Shown here one piece after another: positions 50,181 to 64,000 of a stretch of 64,000 bases of DNA (positions within the stretch are counted from its first letter, which is position 1; each line of letters begins with the position of its first letter). This DNA comes from Psilocybe cubensis (Eukaryota): positions 1,240,001 through 1,304,000 of the forward strand of contig CM039007.1 of NCBI GenBank assembly GCA_017499595.2, read 5' to 3'. A model generated the notes under the pieces. The model was given only the letters and a program-made list of their open reading frames with translations, searched no databases and was not told where the DNA came from. The position numbers were made by a program, and so were the translations under genes.

Positions 50181-51256
50181 GAAAGGAATAAGGAAAAAGG
50201 GAAAAGGAAAAGGGACACAAAAGGGACACGGAGACGGAAAGGGGAAAAGGGGAAAAGGCAAAAGGGAAACGGGAAAAAAAGGGAAAAAAGGGAAAGGTTG
50301 TAAACAAGCGATCAAGCTTCGCGAATTCGGCGAACAGTCTGAGTAAAGAAGGGGAAAACACGTTTGTTTGGTTCGTTTTCCGATCCAAAATTGATATATT
50401 GATATATTGATTTGACTTTTTTTTACCTCTCCAGCCCAATTGAACCTGAACCAGGAAAGAAATGCGCCACTGCACTGTATCTTTCCCGTTATGGCCCATA
50501 GCCCATGTTGAATGTTCGGTTCTTTCATTTCAATTCAATCCGCATCTTCGGTTTTTTCTCACACATCCATCCAGCTAAAAAAAGCGTTGTCAATGACCTG
50601 CCACCCAACCATTGTTAATATTATATACCTTGCCTACTTGGCTACTTGCTATACTTACTTACTGGATGCGTAGATGCGTAGTGCCACATGTGCCTTCACA
50701 CACACCACACAACGCCCCCGGAAATACTATACTATACTATACTTACTTTCCCACCCCCGAACGCAGTGAAGAGTGAGGATTACATTTCCGTCCCTCGCTC
50801 TTCCTCTTCATTCCATTTCGTTGAGCAACCGTGACCAAACGCCAACGCACCATCGTCCCGCGCACACACTCCCACAAGCCTTTTTAAATTCTTCCCGCGA
50901 AAATACGCCACGCATCTCCTACCACTACCACTAATCCTACCACTAATCCTAATCCTAATATTAACAGTACACTAACACAACACACACGGCGCACGCACGC
51001 ATCTAACCTAATCCAGCAGCCGCGAGAAGCTTCTTGATGGGGATAGGGATCATGCTAGGGATATGAAGATGTGAAAATGGGGATATGAAGATGTGAAAAT
51101 GGGGATAGGAAAATGGGAGAATGGGGATAGGAAAATGGGAGAATGGGAAAATCGATCGTGAAGGGATGTGATGTGAAGAATAGGGATGCGATGCGAAAAT
51201 GAGGATGCGAAAATGCGAAAATGCGATATGGGAAACTGCGAAAATGCGAAAACGCG

Positions 51257-51338
51257 ATATGAGAATATGAGAATATGAGAATATGAGAATATGAGAATAT
51301 GAGAATGTGAGAATGTGAGAATATGAGAACGTGAGAAC
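51257..51338. repeat. (GAGAATAT)n 8-bp tandem repeat
   Basis: About 10 copies, with variants at the 3' end. Confidence 0.9.
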
Positions 51339-51433
51339 CCCTTTCGAATTCAATCCCACCACCCACCCCAATGCGGATAACCCCCTTTTCGGTCCAGGGA
51401 TATGCCAAGGTTCCCATGCTCATGTCCACGTCC

Positions 51434-51543
51434 CAGGAATCAGGAAATAGAATCAGGAAATAGAATCAGGAAATAGGGATCAGGAAATAGGGATCAGGAA
51501 ATAGGGATCAGGAAATAGGAATCAGGAATCAGGAATCAGGAAG
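51434..51543. repeat. CAGGAAATAG(G/A)ATC 13-14-bp tandem repeat
   Basis: About 6 copies, flanked by CAGGAAT units. Confidence 0.85.
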
Positions 51544-54000
51544 TGGGAAGAGGGCGAAGCTAGGCCAAGCCAAGAAAGGAAGGAACTTTAGTAATGAAGT
51601 AATGAAGTAATGAAGGAAGGAAGGAAGGAAGGAAGGAAGGGAGGGGGCCAGGGCTAAGGAAGGAAAGGAAGCAAATTCAATCCGAAGCGAGGTGATGGCA
51701 TCTCCTCCTCCTCCTCCTCCTCCTCCTCCTCCCTGGCTTGCGCATTAGCGCTATCCCAAGCTCATCCTCCAAACACCAATTGACGTTGCCGTGTTTTCAA
51801 CGGTGGACCCCTGATAAATTATAATACACCCTTCCCGCTCCGCAAACAAAACAAAATCGAAACGAAACAAACGGCCAATTTCAAATTTCAAATTTCGTAC
51901 ACACCCCATTCGGAATTTTCATTTTCGTATGTATTATACCCTTTTTGGATTTTTGATACTTCGCCCTGATGGGGATGGGGATGGGGTTAATGGATAGATG
52001 GCCTGTGCCCCATCCCATCCTATCGGTGCCATCGACGGCGCCGCACATACACTTGCCGCTTGCCACTTGCCACTTGACGCTGATCTAACCACTAAGCCAA
52101 CGGCATCAAGCATCAAACCCAGCACCAATAAGTAAATGTTCATGAACCCTGTGTACTTTTGCTCCTTCGCATAACCACAGAATCGCATCGCAAAATCGCA
52201 GAATCGTATAATCGCATAGTAATCGTATAATCGCAAAATCGTATCGCTGGATCGCATAACCACATAATCGCATAACCACAGAATCGCAGTGGTGGTTATA
52301 AATACACCACCAAATCACTGATACAAACCAAACGAGATGAAGAGCGAAGAGCGAAGAGCGGAGCGGAGCGATATGAAGGAGGGATTTCGGAAGAGGAAAG
52401 GAAAGGGGTGGAACACACGGTTTATACGTCCACCTATCTACCTATCCATACACACGCGTACACATGCACATATAATGAATGAACGTGAGATGTGAATATG
52501 AACGTGAATGTGAACGTGAACGTGAACATTGCGCATTGCGCATTGATTGATGTAAAATGAAACATTGATTACCATCCATCCATCCCACCTCCATCTTAAC
52601 ACCTAAAACCAAATTCCAATCCCAACTGAACCTGAGGCGTAACAGCAACGCTCATCCTCATCCACATCCACATCCACATCCACATCCACATCTACGTCAG
52701 GTATCACACATCTACCACGCATCACGTATTACACATCTATCATGTCTCACGTATCGTATCACTTATCACGTATCGTATCGCATATAACGCGTCACATGAA
52801 TGATAAATATCCCCAACAAGTTTACACACACACAAACTGTCAGAACACCCTTAATATCATATTACACACACACACACACACAAGCGCGCAGTTGGGCCCT
52901 GTACAACATCGAAACCGAAAAAAACATATCACGATTCTTGCACACACAACGATTATACCCATCCCATCCCACCACCCTCTCATTTCATCTCCTCGCTTCG
53001 CCTCTCCTCTCCTCTCCTAAAATGGCATCGATCGTCGTCATAGCACTGACTCAGTGGGCGTTTGAACCGCTGGTACGCGCACAGCACCAGCGATTCTAGC
53101 GTACCCACGCACCACACAACGCACCACACAACGCACCACTCACCATCCGCCACCATCCACCAACCATCCGCACTCAGCGCACTCGTGCAGACGTACAGTC
53201 ATACACGCGCTCCCACCGCGCAAATTTCACACCCTCCCAAAACAGTCAGTCCGTGTTCCAACAGCCTAACTGCAACACGCAGTCTAACACCAGGGTCCCA
53301 GGGTCCCAGGGTCCAGACGTCCAGTATTCAGAATTCAGAATTCAGAATTCAGGGTCGTGTGACCGCACGCTGGCATACGCATATACACACGCCTGCCTGC
53401 CTTCCCAGCTGTGCGGCTGGCTGCCGAGTCCCGAGTCCCGAGTCCCGAGACTCGAGGCCATGCATTGTTTCCTTACTTGTACTGGTGCTATTAATACTAT
53501 GCATTGTGCTATTAGTGGTGCTGTTCGTATTAGTATTAGTATTAGTGGTGTTATTCCTATTGCTATTAATTAATATCAACGTTAGTGTCAGTGTTCATCT
53601 ACCCGGTGCATCCTTCACGTATCCCTTCATCCACCCCTCAACTCACCAATCTCAATATCCTCCAATACACACCATCCCACCACCACCACCACCACCATTC
53701 CAAATCCAAATTATCACGATATAATTTCCCTGACAAAGTTTATCCCAAATCACACCCAAAGAGTTCCGAAATAACCACCTTATTCCCCACACCCAAAAAT
53801 ACGAAATCCCAAATTCTACAATTTCATACATAACATTCCCACAGCCCAATCGTACAATCGTACAATCGTGTCATCCCTACCCATTCTCCTCCCAGTATTT
53901 CCCAGGTGGTTGATACGCAGTCGTTCCCAGCCGTCTGCCATTTCCATTCAATCCCAATATTACCCATTAATTCCCAGCCGTTCCTAATTATCCAATCCCT

Positions 54001-54096
54001 CCCGATATTTCCCAGCCGTTCCCGATATTTCCCAGCCGTTCCCGATATTTCCCAGCCGTTCCCGATATTTCCCAGCCGTTCCCGATATTTCCCAGC
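54001..54096. repeat. 20-bp minisatellite (CCCGATATTTCCCAGCCGTT), 4.8 copies
   Basis: Perfect head-to-tail copies with no spacers. Confidence 0.95.
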
Positions 54097-56180
54097 ATTG
54101 ATTGCCTTCCCACGCATCACCACTTAACGTTAAAGTGTACCACATACACATACGCATACGCATACGCATGGACGGAGATTTACTAGACTTAGACGTAGAC
54201 CTAGGCAAAGCAGCAAACTAAACCGGTGCAAAATGTGGGGTGCGGGATGCGGGGTGTGGGGTGTGGGGAACGATACGAATGTTAACCCATTTTTGCCAAT
54301 TATTTTCATTTTCATGTTCATATCCGTTTTGTATTTCATCGCCGTAGTCGCAGCCGCAGCCGCTGTCGTAACCGTTCGCAGTCTGCTGGATAATCTCAAC
54401 TTCAAATTCGAAGTCAAATGAATGGAATGAATGAATGAAACGTACGAATGAAATGAAATTAATATAATACAACTTCACTTCACTTCAATAAATAGAATGT
54501 GGCTCCTCTTACCACTTCACAAAGTCTGAATCACTGCACAAATCACGAATCACGAATCACGAATCACATTTCACCAGTCAATGAGAAACGATTCGCACAC
54601 CGCATAGAATAGCAATACTCCGACGATCAATCGATTATAGATTCCTCGAGCATGGTTTCGAAGTTTTGGATGGGCTTTAAGGAATGGCTTGGTGTCCGGT
54701 TGGGTTTATGTTACACAAATACTTTTAACTCCAACTGTGTACCCTTGCCGTTACTTCAGCTCGCCAATTCGTGAAATTTGTCAATGTCCTCAATATATCA
54801 CCATCCTCGAATAATAACACAACTCAAGATATCTAAACACCTAACCACATCCTAAAGTTCCATTCCTCCACCTCCATTTCCATCATCCCACTCCGAACCC
54901 CTCCATCAAAGTTCCCAAAATCACAGTATATAAATATACACACAAACCAAACTTAAAATATACCCAAGTAAACACTTCCCACTCACAGTCTCTCACCCAT
55001 CCGACCAGCCATCCCAAGTTATTCTCAAATTACCACAAATACGGTATATAAATATACCCAAGCACATCACCACCATCAGCATACCAACAAAGGCACCTCC
55101 AACGCCGCCGTCAAAGTCAAAGTCAAAGTCAAAACTCAACGTCAACGTCACGCAATTCCCCTTGAGGCCAGGGTTTACCGCCGAGCGCTGGTGATCGGCG
55201 ATCAGTGGCGAGTAGGATATCTGGTTCTGGTTCTTGATGTTTAACCTTGATTCTTACTGTAAGCTTAACTGTAGGCACGGTACAGTGAGCCAGTGGTTAA
55301 ATACTAGAGCACTCATGAACACGAGGATAAAGATAGTTGATACAGCGACGGATAATGTTGTTGGTGAGACGAGATGGCCAACGCTAATAATATCAACGGT
55401 TGTTCTGGGTGGATAAGGTGGTCTATCATCGTCGTTGTATTAAACTTATTTAATTAATTAGCTTTGAGCGATTGAACATCGACAGCGTGTAATTCTGAGC
55501 AGACGAGACGAGACGACACGTATTTTGGTCCATTTGCATTTCTCTTCAATGAAAACATTGGAACCTGGAGGGCAATGGTCGATGCACTCGCACCATATAC
55601 TCTCTGGATGACACTGCCGACGCCTTTGATAGTGCATCATACATGTACTGGAAGTTCACACCGATGACATCGGTATCTCCCCAATTGAATGAATATTTTC
55701 CTATGCTACAAAAACAGTGGACGCACACTCGTGTAAGGTACAAGAACCAGTTTTGAAAGTCACCAAAAGTGAGATATAACACACCGCACTCAATCCCACC
55801 CACAAGCGGTAACATACACAAAATCACACATACACCACCACCACTCCTTTCTTCCCTCGCACATCACATAAATTCGCACCCCGCACACCACTCCAGGTCC
55901 CATCCCACCACCCTCCTCCGGGCTTAACAATCCCATCGCATCATTTCCCCAAATAGAAACTCTTGGTGCCTCCCCTCGCTTAAATTGCTCTTGGTTCCTT
56001 AAGCCTCCTTGGACCTTCCTTGGGATGCGCACCGACTTGAGCCGACACTACTACACTACACAACATCATCCATCCGGTTCCGCCCCGGAAAATCAGCACA
56101 CGCGGTGCCCAGCCGCCTTCGGCTCGGGCAGGGTTCCTCTGCTCATTAAAAGCATGTAGGTATATATTTATCCAGAGACA

Positions 56181-57060
56181 TTGATTCCGTTCGAAGGGTG
56201 TGCGTACATACATGCATGGAACCATGTGAACTTTGAAATCGCGTGTCCAAACTATGAGCCAGCTGTTCCCACGCATCCTGGGAACGTCGATGTCGGCGTG
56301 TACACCATTTATAGATTCTCCCAGACTCAGAAGGCTGAGGAGGAGGAGCGGCTCTTGTTCCCAGGAATGTATGTCCGCGGACCCACAGAGTGGAAATATC
56401 AAATAGGTGTCTATTGTATTTTCATATACAAATCCCGCTTTATTCCATTTTTCAACTGCGCTTACAGAGTCCGTGATGTGATGTTGATCAAGGTACACAC
56501 GGGCATGCAGGCAGTCGCATGTTACTTCCCACATATAGCATATCGATAACGATGATTGATTGCTGATTGTAACATCAGGTTGGATGCTGTTTGAGGGGCG
56601 TCATCTATTCCTCCGCATGCGCGCGCAGCAAAGTAAACCTGCAGTTTTTTTTATTCAACGCTTCATGGTAGAATAAGGAGGCGCAATCGCTGCGATGTTT
56701 ACAACGCACTTGGCGCCAAGCGCCCACATGGACCCCAAATTTACGTACTGAAAAAGAATCGTTGAAGAATGTGTGCAAAGGCGTTGCGAAGTCCAAGGGA
56801 GTCGGAAAAACAGTTTGTTGTACTTCTATGTTAATATGTGTCGAAGACTTGGTGGTGAACTGTGATTTTGAGGTTTGATTTATAATATTGCGTACTGATT
56901 GGCAGCTAGTTGACGACTTGGAGGAGGTCGTCCCGGAAGGACCACTGACTCAGCTTCAATGACCGGGCATAAATAAAGCAGCTTCAAGTTACAGCTCTCA
57001 TAAGGAGGACATACCTGTAACATGTTCTTTAAATTTCAGTCAGTCAAAGCACATCAACTT
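56181..57060 (+). pseudogene. Probable degraded multi-exon gene next to the Plavaka transposase
   Basis: Exon-like stretches between GT-AG introns (FEIACPNYEPAVP..., WMLFEGRHLFLRM...VE*GGA...TY*KRIVEEC, DDLEEVVPEGPLTQLQ*PGIN) contain isolated in-frame TAA/TGA codons. Confidence 0.35.
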
Positions 57061-58415
57061 AGTTTTATCCTTTTTGATATGCTAATCTTACTTTTTAAGC
57101 AGCAAGTCAATCAAAATCGTCATTTCACCTGGGTGGTCGAGCGCCTTTTTATCACAAGCTCCATTTTGATTGTTAACAGCCTAAAAATAGACACAGATTC
57201 CGGAAGTCTTGAAGTATCGCTGTCACACAGGCGTGGCGCCTACCTATGGGGCGTATACATATAACCTATCTAACTTTCTCATACTCTCTTAAAACTCTAG
57301 TGATCGGCGTTTCTTTGGCATATTTTTAAGTCGTATATAGGCGTGGTACTTAGGTTCAGATACGAATTACGTTCCTCATTTTGGGGTCCTCACATCGCTG
57401 TGTAGTTACTAAGTTGGTAGTAGTACAAGTTTAGTACTCGGCTATGTATCATTGTATCAAATAGAGTCAAATGGAACTCCAAAGTAACTAAGACGACGCC
57501 TCAGAAGCCATCGGATGCTAAAATCAATAAATGTTATAGTTCGGTCAAAGCTCAGTCGGTGTCCAATCTCTTCCTACATGAATCACGTATAATGCTCAAT
57601 AGTCCCCTATCATAACCGCAATGCTTGTCAATTGAAACTTTGTGAAAGATTCAAGAAGCTCACGGAGATGACAATGGGAATGCCGTCATCGGCGAATAGA
57701 GCCATTGTACGTTAACTAACATAATTTTTTGCTTTTCTTGAAGGGTCGACTGCTCCGCAATCCATCATCAGCAAAACCGCAAAAAGCATGCCATGCCATG
57801 TCGTGCTTGGAAACTCCCACGATAGTTGTTTGCGTCTGGATGGACTTTACGATGCGGTTTGCAGAATTGTCAACAGTGTCTACTAACATTTATTCTTCCA
57901 GAATAATTGGAGCATAATTGTAACATGATACCATTTATGTTACGTCTTGGATAGAGCTATACAATCTTTTGTACACTTTAAAATTTGGTTACAATCTTGT
58001 TGAATATAATACATGGTACCGGTCAAACTGTTAGTAGAATGCATAAGAATGTATGGTTGTCTAAATATTTGCAGAAAACCTTGGAAGGATCGTCCATATT
58101 GAGCACACAATACAAGAAATAGATCATTTTGGGGGCATGATTGTATCAAAGGTTTTGAATGGAGTGATCTTACGCACAAGTTCCAAGATAGATACAGTCA
58201 TAAAAGAAGCTCAAATATATATGTATATATATAAGATGGTTTCTACTCTAACCATGCCTTACACGAGAGTCTAACATAGCCCGGATAATATAGACGTAAA
58301 GTGTGATCAGTTGAATGTGAACCTCGCACCATACAAATCACATTGACAACAACACACTTAATCAACGATGTCAAACACAAAAATTACAGATACAAGATAG
58401 CAAACGAAAGAGAAT

Positions 58416-61400
58416 CTATAGCTCAGCATACCCTTCTGCCTCATAATCATCTGATTCCCAAGCTGCCTCGCCATCTCCAGGACCAAGATCATCAAGGTCA
58501 AATTCATTTTCTGCCCCCGCCTCCTCTGCCACAATTACCTCCGGGTCTTCCAATTCGCTTTCTGAATCCTGGCTACTGTTTGAGCTTTTATATCCCCAGT
58601 CTTCATCCTCAGTGTCTACATTGTCAATATCATATTCCTTGTCATGATTTAACGATGATGGCATAGCCTCAAGCTCAGACTGGTCACTTTCTGAATCTGA
58701 ATCAACTTGAAGCTGGTTATCGCCTGGTTTGTATCCTGTAAACAGGTCACGAGCTTCAAAGTTAGGCCGAAGGTCAGCTGTGTATTCATTCGTTGCCTGG
58801 TGGCCGATTCCTCCACCCAGATACCTTACGAACATGTCGCGATCAACAAACCTAAAGAATGTCAATCGTATTTAGATCAGATTAATATGAAACTGTAACT
58901 TACATATTCACGTAGTAGTAATTCCAGTCTTTATCTTGCATCTTCTTTTCTCCAGAAACTCGCGCAATTGATGGGCCTAGTCTAGCAGTTGTGGTGCCAT
59001 GGGCAAATGCCGATATGAGATGTGATCCACGTAGAATGAGAGACGGGTCCAGAAATCCGAATGCGGCCGATGAATCAGACTCAACAAATTGAAGACGATG
59101 CAAACGGCGTGTTTCCCAGCCTCCTACAAATGTGGAATCAAGTTCAAACCACCGGACCCATAGAAAGTCCATGCGGTGTACCAGATTTGACCTTGATTTT
59201 GGTCCGGTATGCTTAATGTCAACATGATAGACACCGAGTATACGAGCATAGGCAAACGGGTGTCCATCCAGTTCCTCATTACCCGATAAGACCATAATGT
59301 CAGCATGTGAAGTGGGATTCATAGTGTCTTGGCAACGTCGGAGGTCATAGGAAGTGTAGTTGACACGACAACGTTTATGTTTGTACATACGATCATGGAT
59401 AATTCGGACGTGGTGCCGGTCTTCATCAGTGTAGTAGAGTGATTCATCTGAGTTGTCATCGTGGCCAAGTAAGCGGGACAGAAGATGGTCTTTTAGTTTA
59501 GGAACAAATCTCTGTAAAAAAATGAGCATTAATATTCTTGAAAAAGAATAACCGTGACAGACCGTCAATGCTTCATCATCATTATTGTCGTATATCCACT
59601 GAAAAATGTTGATCGGTGAGTTCTTTCCATTTGAAATGTAATGGTGGAGCTCTGGCAGAATGGGTTGTAGTGATTCGGAATCCTCAAATGGAACCAAATG
59701 AGTCGTAGCACCTCTTTTGTACTGATATTGTTGGGAAGAGAGGCTGCCGGCAGATTCACTTGCAGCATTTTTGACTCGATTAGCAATGCGTCGCAGTATA
59801 CGTTCACGGCGTTGATGCCTTGTAATTTGATGTTCAAATTTGCGTCCTTTGTTTGTACGTGCATAGAATTTTTTGACACGTCTGTGCTCCAACTCTCCCT
59901 AAAATTGAAACGGTCAGACAGAAATATGTATGAATAATAAGACATACCGTCTGTGTTGAGTAGCCGCTCGAAGGCCCATACTGCCATATTGCCTTTAAAT
60001 AGTGTCCCAGATGGTGAAGCTTGAAGGTAAACATGTTGAAAACCTTTGCCGAAGGCGCCGCCGTATTGGCTGTTGTTGAAGATGACGCCTTTCCTTTTCC
60101 TTTACTTTTTCTTGCACGTCTTGCCCGAGCAGCCTCTTCTTTTGGCAACTCTTTTGTGTCATATTTTGGGCAAAGCTTCTTGGAAAAATCTCGCAGTGCT
60201 TGTCCAAGACTACGTGTTGTTGCCTTAAGGCCTGTCAGACTTGACATGGTATGCATACGAAGCTTTGCGTAAGCATGCCACGTGCACAGAATAAATAAAA
60301 GGTCTTGAAGCATGGCATCGTGTTTTTGATTTGGAAGTAATCCTTCAAATACCGGCATTGAGCACTAGAAAATTATGCCATGAATCAGTACTTGGCATAT
60401 AGATAATTACAGAGTGATAAATACCTGCAGAAGATTCTCATAATCACGAGCGGCCAGCTTTTTCATAGCGGAGGCATTAGTAGAAAATCGACGAATGGTA
60501 GATCTCCCAAATGTCTGAACTTGTCGGTATCTGAGCAAATATTTAGTTACAAGATCACAATCATGAATGCTAAACCACCTTTTATTAAGCTTTTGAATAT
60601 AATTTTCACCACATGAGTAGAGTATTCGCATCAAATGTATAAAGACTGCTTTCCAGACGCCAAGTTCAAACTCATGCAAGAGATCCGGAACAAACATTGA
60701 AAAAAAATTGAATCCAAGCCCGAACAGTCTTGTTGAGAATGCATTCTACGAGATATATGAGCAGTGCTGTCAGTGATTTGACCCAGCTTAAAGAAAGAGA
60801 GACTTACTCGAGCAGGAACATATGACTCATCAGCAAGTACATTTTCGACACCTTGACTCTTGATAGAACCACCATATTCAAAGATCCATGAGCGGCTGGT
60901 TTCCACCTTTCTTTGTCTTTCTTTTGTATCTTTTCTTTCGTGGTTGCGTCTTTGGTCATCAGCACGTGTTCCGAGTGCGCTAACAAACTTCTTATAGATC
61001 GTACATCCGGTACACAGAGATTTGCCCAGAAATCGAATGGTTGCTAAAAGGACCCTGTAAAAGAATTGAATTGATATACTGATTTGGTAGGCTGGTATAA
61101 CATTGACTCACTTTTCAGGATAATCTGCTGAATATGTAAAAAATCGAGGAAAGACACGGCGGGTAATGCCATCAGTGCACTTGATAAGTATGCCATTTTC
61201 ATATGCATCCATAAATTCCCCGTCTAGCAGAAGGAGCCAGACCGCATGCATGAGATCACGCTTCATGTTACGGATTGTCTCTTCAGAGGCCGCCGCTCCA
61301 TTGTATGCCTCCATGTATATATCTTGAAGGTTATCCGGGAGCTTTTTAGATTGGTACAAAATTGGTAAAAAAAAACAAACAAAAAGGCGATCAAATGCTT

Positions 61401-62876
61401 ACCGATGGTATATAGGCTACATGATGAGCTGCAAAGTTGTTTGGTTTTGATCGAAAATATTGAGACTGATTGCCAAAATACAGATACAGAGGCCATAGTG
61501 AGGCATCGCCAAAGCTAGCAAGGTGTGTTGAATCCGACCACAGCATCATAGCAGCAATGCATGTTTCGATATGGACTGTTCCAGGTGGTGTGGGTTTCAA
61601 TTTCCGAGTGATTTGCTCGTACTCGCCAAGAAATGCCTCAGAGTTGTATAGCTCAGTTATAACTCGCTCGGGCTCTACGTCAGGCGATGGCTGCCAAAAG
61701 AGTCGAAATGGGGTAAAGTGGAATTGTTTTGAGGTTGAATCCTTGAAAGCAGAGGTAATCACCTCTACCAGACTACGATGATAGACATTCGGCACTTCAA
61801 GAACCGGTGCTGAAGCTTCAGAGATGTGCGATACATTTTCGCATGGCATAGATATATTAACTGAAGAGGTATTCCACCCTCCTTCGGATGCAAAAGGAGA
61901 CGTCTGTGCATCATCTGCATCGAGACGATCTAGCTCCCGCTGCACATTAAAGTTTTTGAGGTGAACTGGATTAAAGTCTTCCGCCAGAATTACCTCCTTG
62001 ACAAGCCGGTCAAGCTCCTTAACAGACTTTAAGACTGATCCCGAGTAGAACCAATTGAAAAGACGGAATACTGTAGCATTCAAGAAGGGAGCAAATATTC
62101 CACCAGGATGTTTTTGGATGTCCTCGGTATTTTTGATGCCAAATGATTTCCACCAGCATCGATGCTGAGGATCTGAAGAAGTGGCAAGCCCAGGTGAGTC
62201 ACAAAGATTGTCTATATCCTCATGTTCATCCACTTGCTTCGTTGGAATAATGGGATAAACTCGGAAAAGTCCAAAGTCATTGGGCTCAGTTTTCCGATAT
62301 GAAATTGGGGTGTTTGACTCAGACTCTCGTTCGGTAGAAGGGAGAGCAGTAGTAGCAGCATGACGTGCTGGTGGACGAGGTGGACGTTTTGGCATATGGG
62401 GTAGCTGTGTTGTTGAATTAGGAAGCATGTCTGCAAATTGCCGTGGAAATTGTCGGACACGGCCTGATCGTGTTGGAGGTGGAATAAATGCTGGGGCAGG
62501 TAGATCGGGGGAATCAGGGCGGCATATGTCCATTGTCACATCCTCTGAATGCTCTGACTCGAGAACTTGTGGAGGGGGGGAGGGTTTTTTTGTGGCCTTA
62601 CTTCTCTGGCCACCCATTTCACTAGATTCTGCCTGATTTAACAAGTTAGGAATGCAACTTGTAAGCACAATAACACTATCGTACCTCCATCGGACTCGCT
62701 GGCCTAGCCGCTGACTTGTTGATGGAATGCTGCAAGTTGGATTTCATTTTAAAAGCCTTTGCCGCATTTCGAATAATATGATTGGATGATATCTTTGTTG
62801 CGGCGCACTGTTTTCGATGTGCGGTAAGTCCTTGGAAGCCCTTGAAACTCTTGCTGCATCCATCGCAGACGACCAT
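58416..62876 (-). CDS. Plavaka-family transposase (10 exons, apparently intact)
   Basis: N-terminal CDGC..HRKQC finger, then YHRSL, FHFTPF, ELYNS, MLWSDSTHLASFG..LWPLYLYFGNQS, FPRFFTYSADYPEK, VPDLLHEFELGVWK, ARDYENLLQ, KLHHLGHY, YSTQT|GELEHR, NYTSYDLRR, FLWVRWF, FGFLDP and YYVN|MFVDRDMF. Every junction reads in frame. Confidence 0.92.
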
Positions 62877-64000
62877 CACAATCAGGATAAGAACGATGAC
62901 AAAAATTGTTTTCATTAAGTCGACTCGGAGTAAGGGACAATATGTTGCCCAAGGTGTTGCCTAGGTGGGGTACAGAAGGAACTAACTGCCCTAGCTAAAA
63001 GCCTGGGCAGAAGAAGAAAGCCACACGAGAAGTCTAGTGAGTGAATATATGAAAGCAGCACTGTAAACCGTGGTGAATCCAGTCAATAAGCACTAGCGCA
63101 GAAATCGTGCATCTTGATATTAAATCGGAGATTGAATGCTTGTTGACAGTGGCTGCGGTGCATGATGGCGCATCTTTCATCACACTTTTTCTATCCTCAT
63201 CCCCCGCTGTAGATAGTGTCTATTACGCACGCGACACCTTTGTGAACCCAACATCGCCACCAAACGTCACCAGCTCACTGCACATTGGGCACGCGTCGAA
63301 CGTTGCAATCCAGGAAGAGGACGTGCGCTAGAACTGAATGCGCAATTGCAGGATTCTTTTCGCGCCGGGCTTCCACCGTGCGGGCGTCTTGATGTAGATA
63401 GACGCAACACGACACATATGGCCGAGGTAAGAGTTCCTTCCTCTAAGAACAAGGTCACTGACAATGTTTTGTCAGCAACAAGGATGGCTGGGGTGCGCTA
63501 AAGAGCGTTGAGAGGGGTGAGCAACACTGAACCAGGTGTTGAATTGAAAGCTGACGTACCTTTACAGTCTCTCTCCTCTGAGATTACATGCTCCTATCGA
63601 TCCACAACAGGCACTGCCAGCAACACAGCAGGAGCTGCACAAGACATTGCAGCACAACCCACCACAAGCCGGACAGAACAGGCATTGCAGAGCGGCTGGA
63701 GAGGTTGACTGCTTGTGAGGCGTGGTTTCCTATCAACATGCGCGCCATCCTTGTAGAACTAGTAGGCAGGATCTGATTCTGTGATTCATATTCTGCAGAC
63801 AGCCAAGTATTTTTTACTGCTGTGGCACTGGCAGATCTCTATGTGTGAAACTGACCATCGTTTCTTTTCAGGTTTGCTGCTCTCACCACTCTAATTCAAC
63901 CCAACAACCGCCTCATGGGCCTCAAGAAGCGCGTCAACAAGTGTATTTCCCACCTGCCAAGGTGGCCCCCACAACAATGTTTGTAGGCTTTTCCTTTGTT

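Noticed and set aside
50920-50960. Telomere-like CCTAAT repeats
   Set aside because: Only a few imperfect units, not (CCCTAA)n, in a generally SSR-rich region.
54001-54096. 20-bp repeat array as a CRISPR
   Set aside because: The copies are head-to-tail with no unique spacers, the context is eukaryotic and there are no cas genes.
55168-63072. CAGGGTTTACCG and CTGTAAACCGTG as Plavaka TIRs
   Set aside because: Only ~9/12 match, with no extension and no TSD.

Overview
Intron-rich fungal DNA, most consistent with an agaricomycete mushroom (GT-AG introns of about 50-70 nt, Plavaka and Ngaro elements). Host genes: a BCS1-like AAA ATPase with a truncated tandem paralogue, a single-pass membrane protein, an ankyrin-AAA+ protein closely resembling animal CLPB/Skd3, an OTU deubiquitinase, a giant (~3,600 aa) low-complexity zinc-finger protein and several small orphans. 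Two of the orphans share a CxxH-x7-CxxC motif with a conserved intron. Mobile DNA: a complete, apparently very young Ngaro-type tyrosine-recombinase retrotransposon (17249-23678), an IS3EU-like non-autonomous element, a MITE with an 8-bp TSD and an apparently intact Plavaka transposase. The Ngaro element has split direct repeats A1-B1A2-B2, an extra ORF in its own A2-ORF-B2 cassette and ~1.6 kb of dual-frame coding. Two large domains (~24-33 kb and ~38-55 kb) are saturated with microsatellites in both coding and non-coding DNA. There is a 100-N gap at 6274-6373. All exon structures were assembled by eye and no database searches were run.
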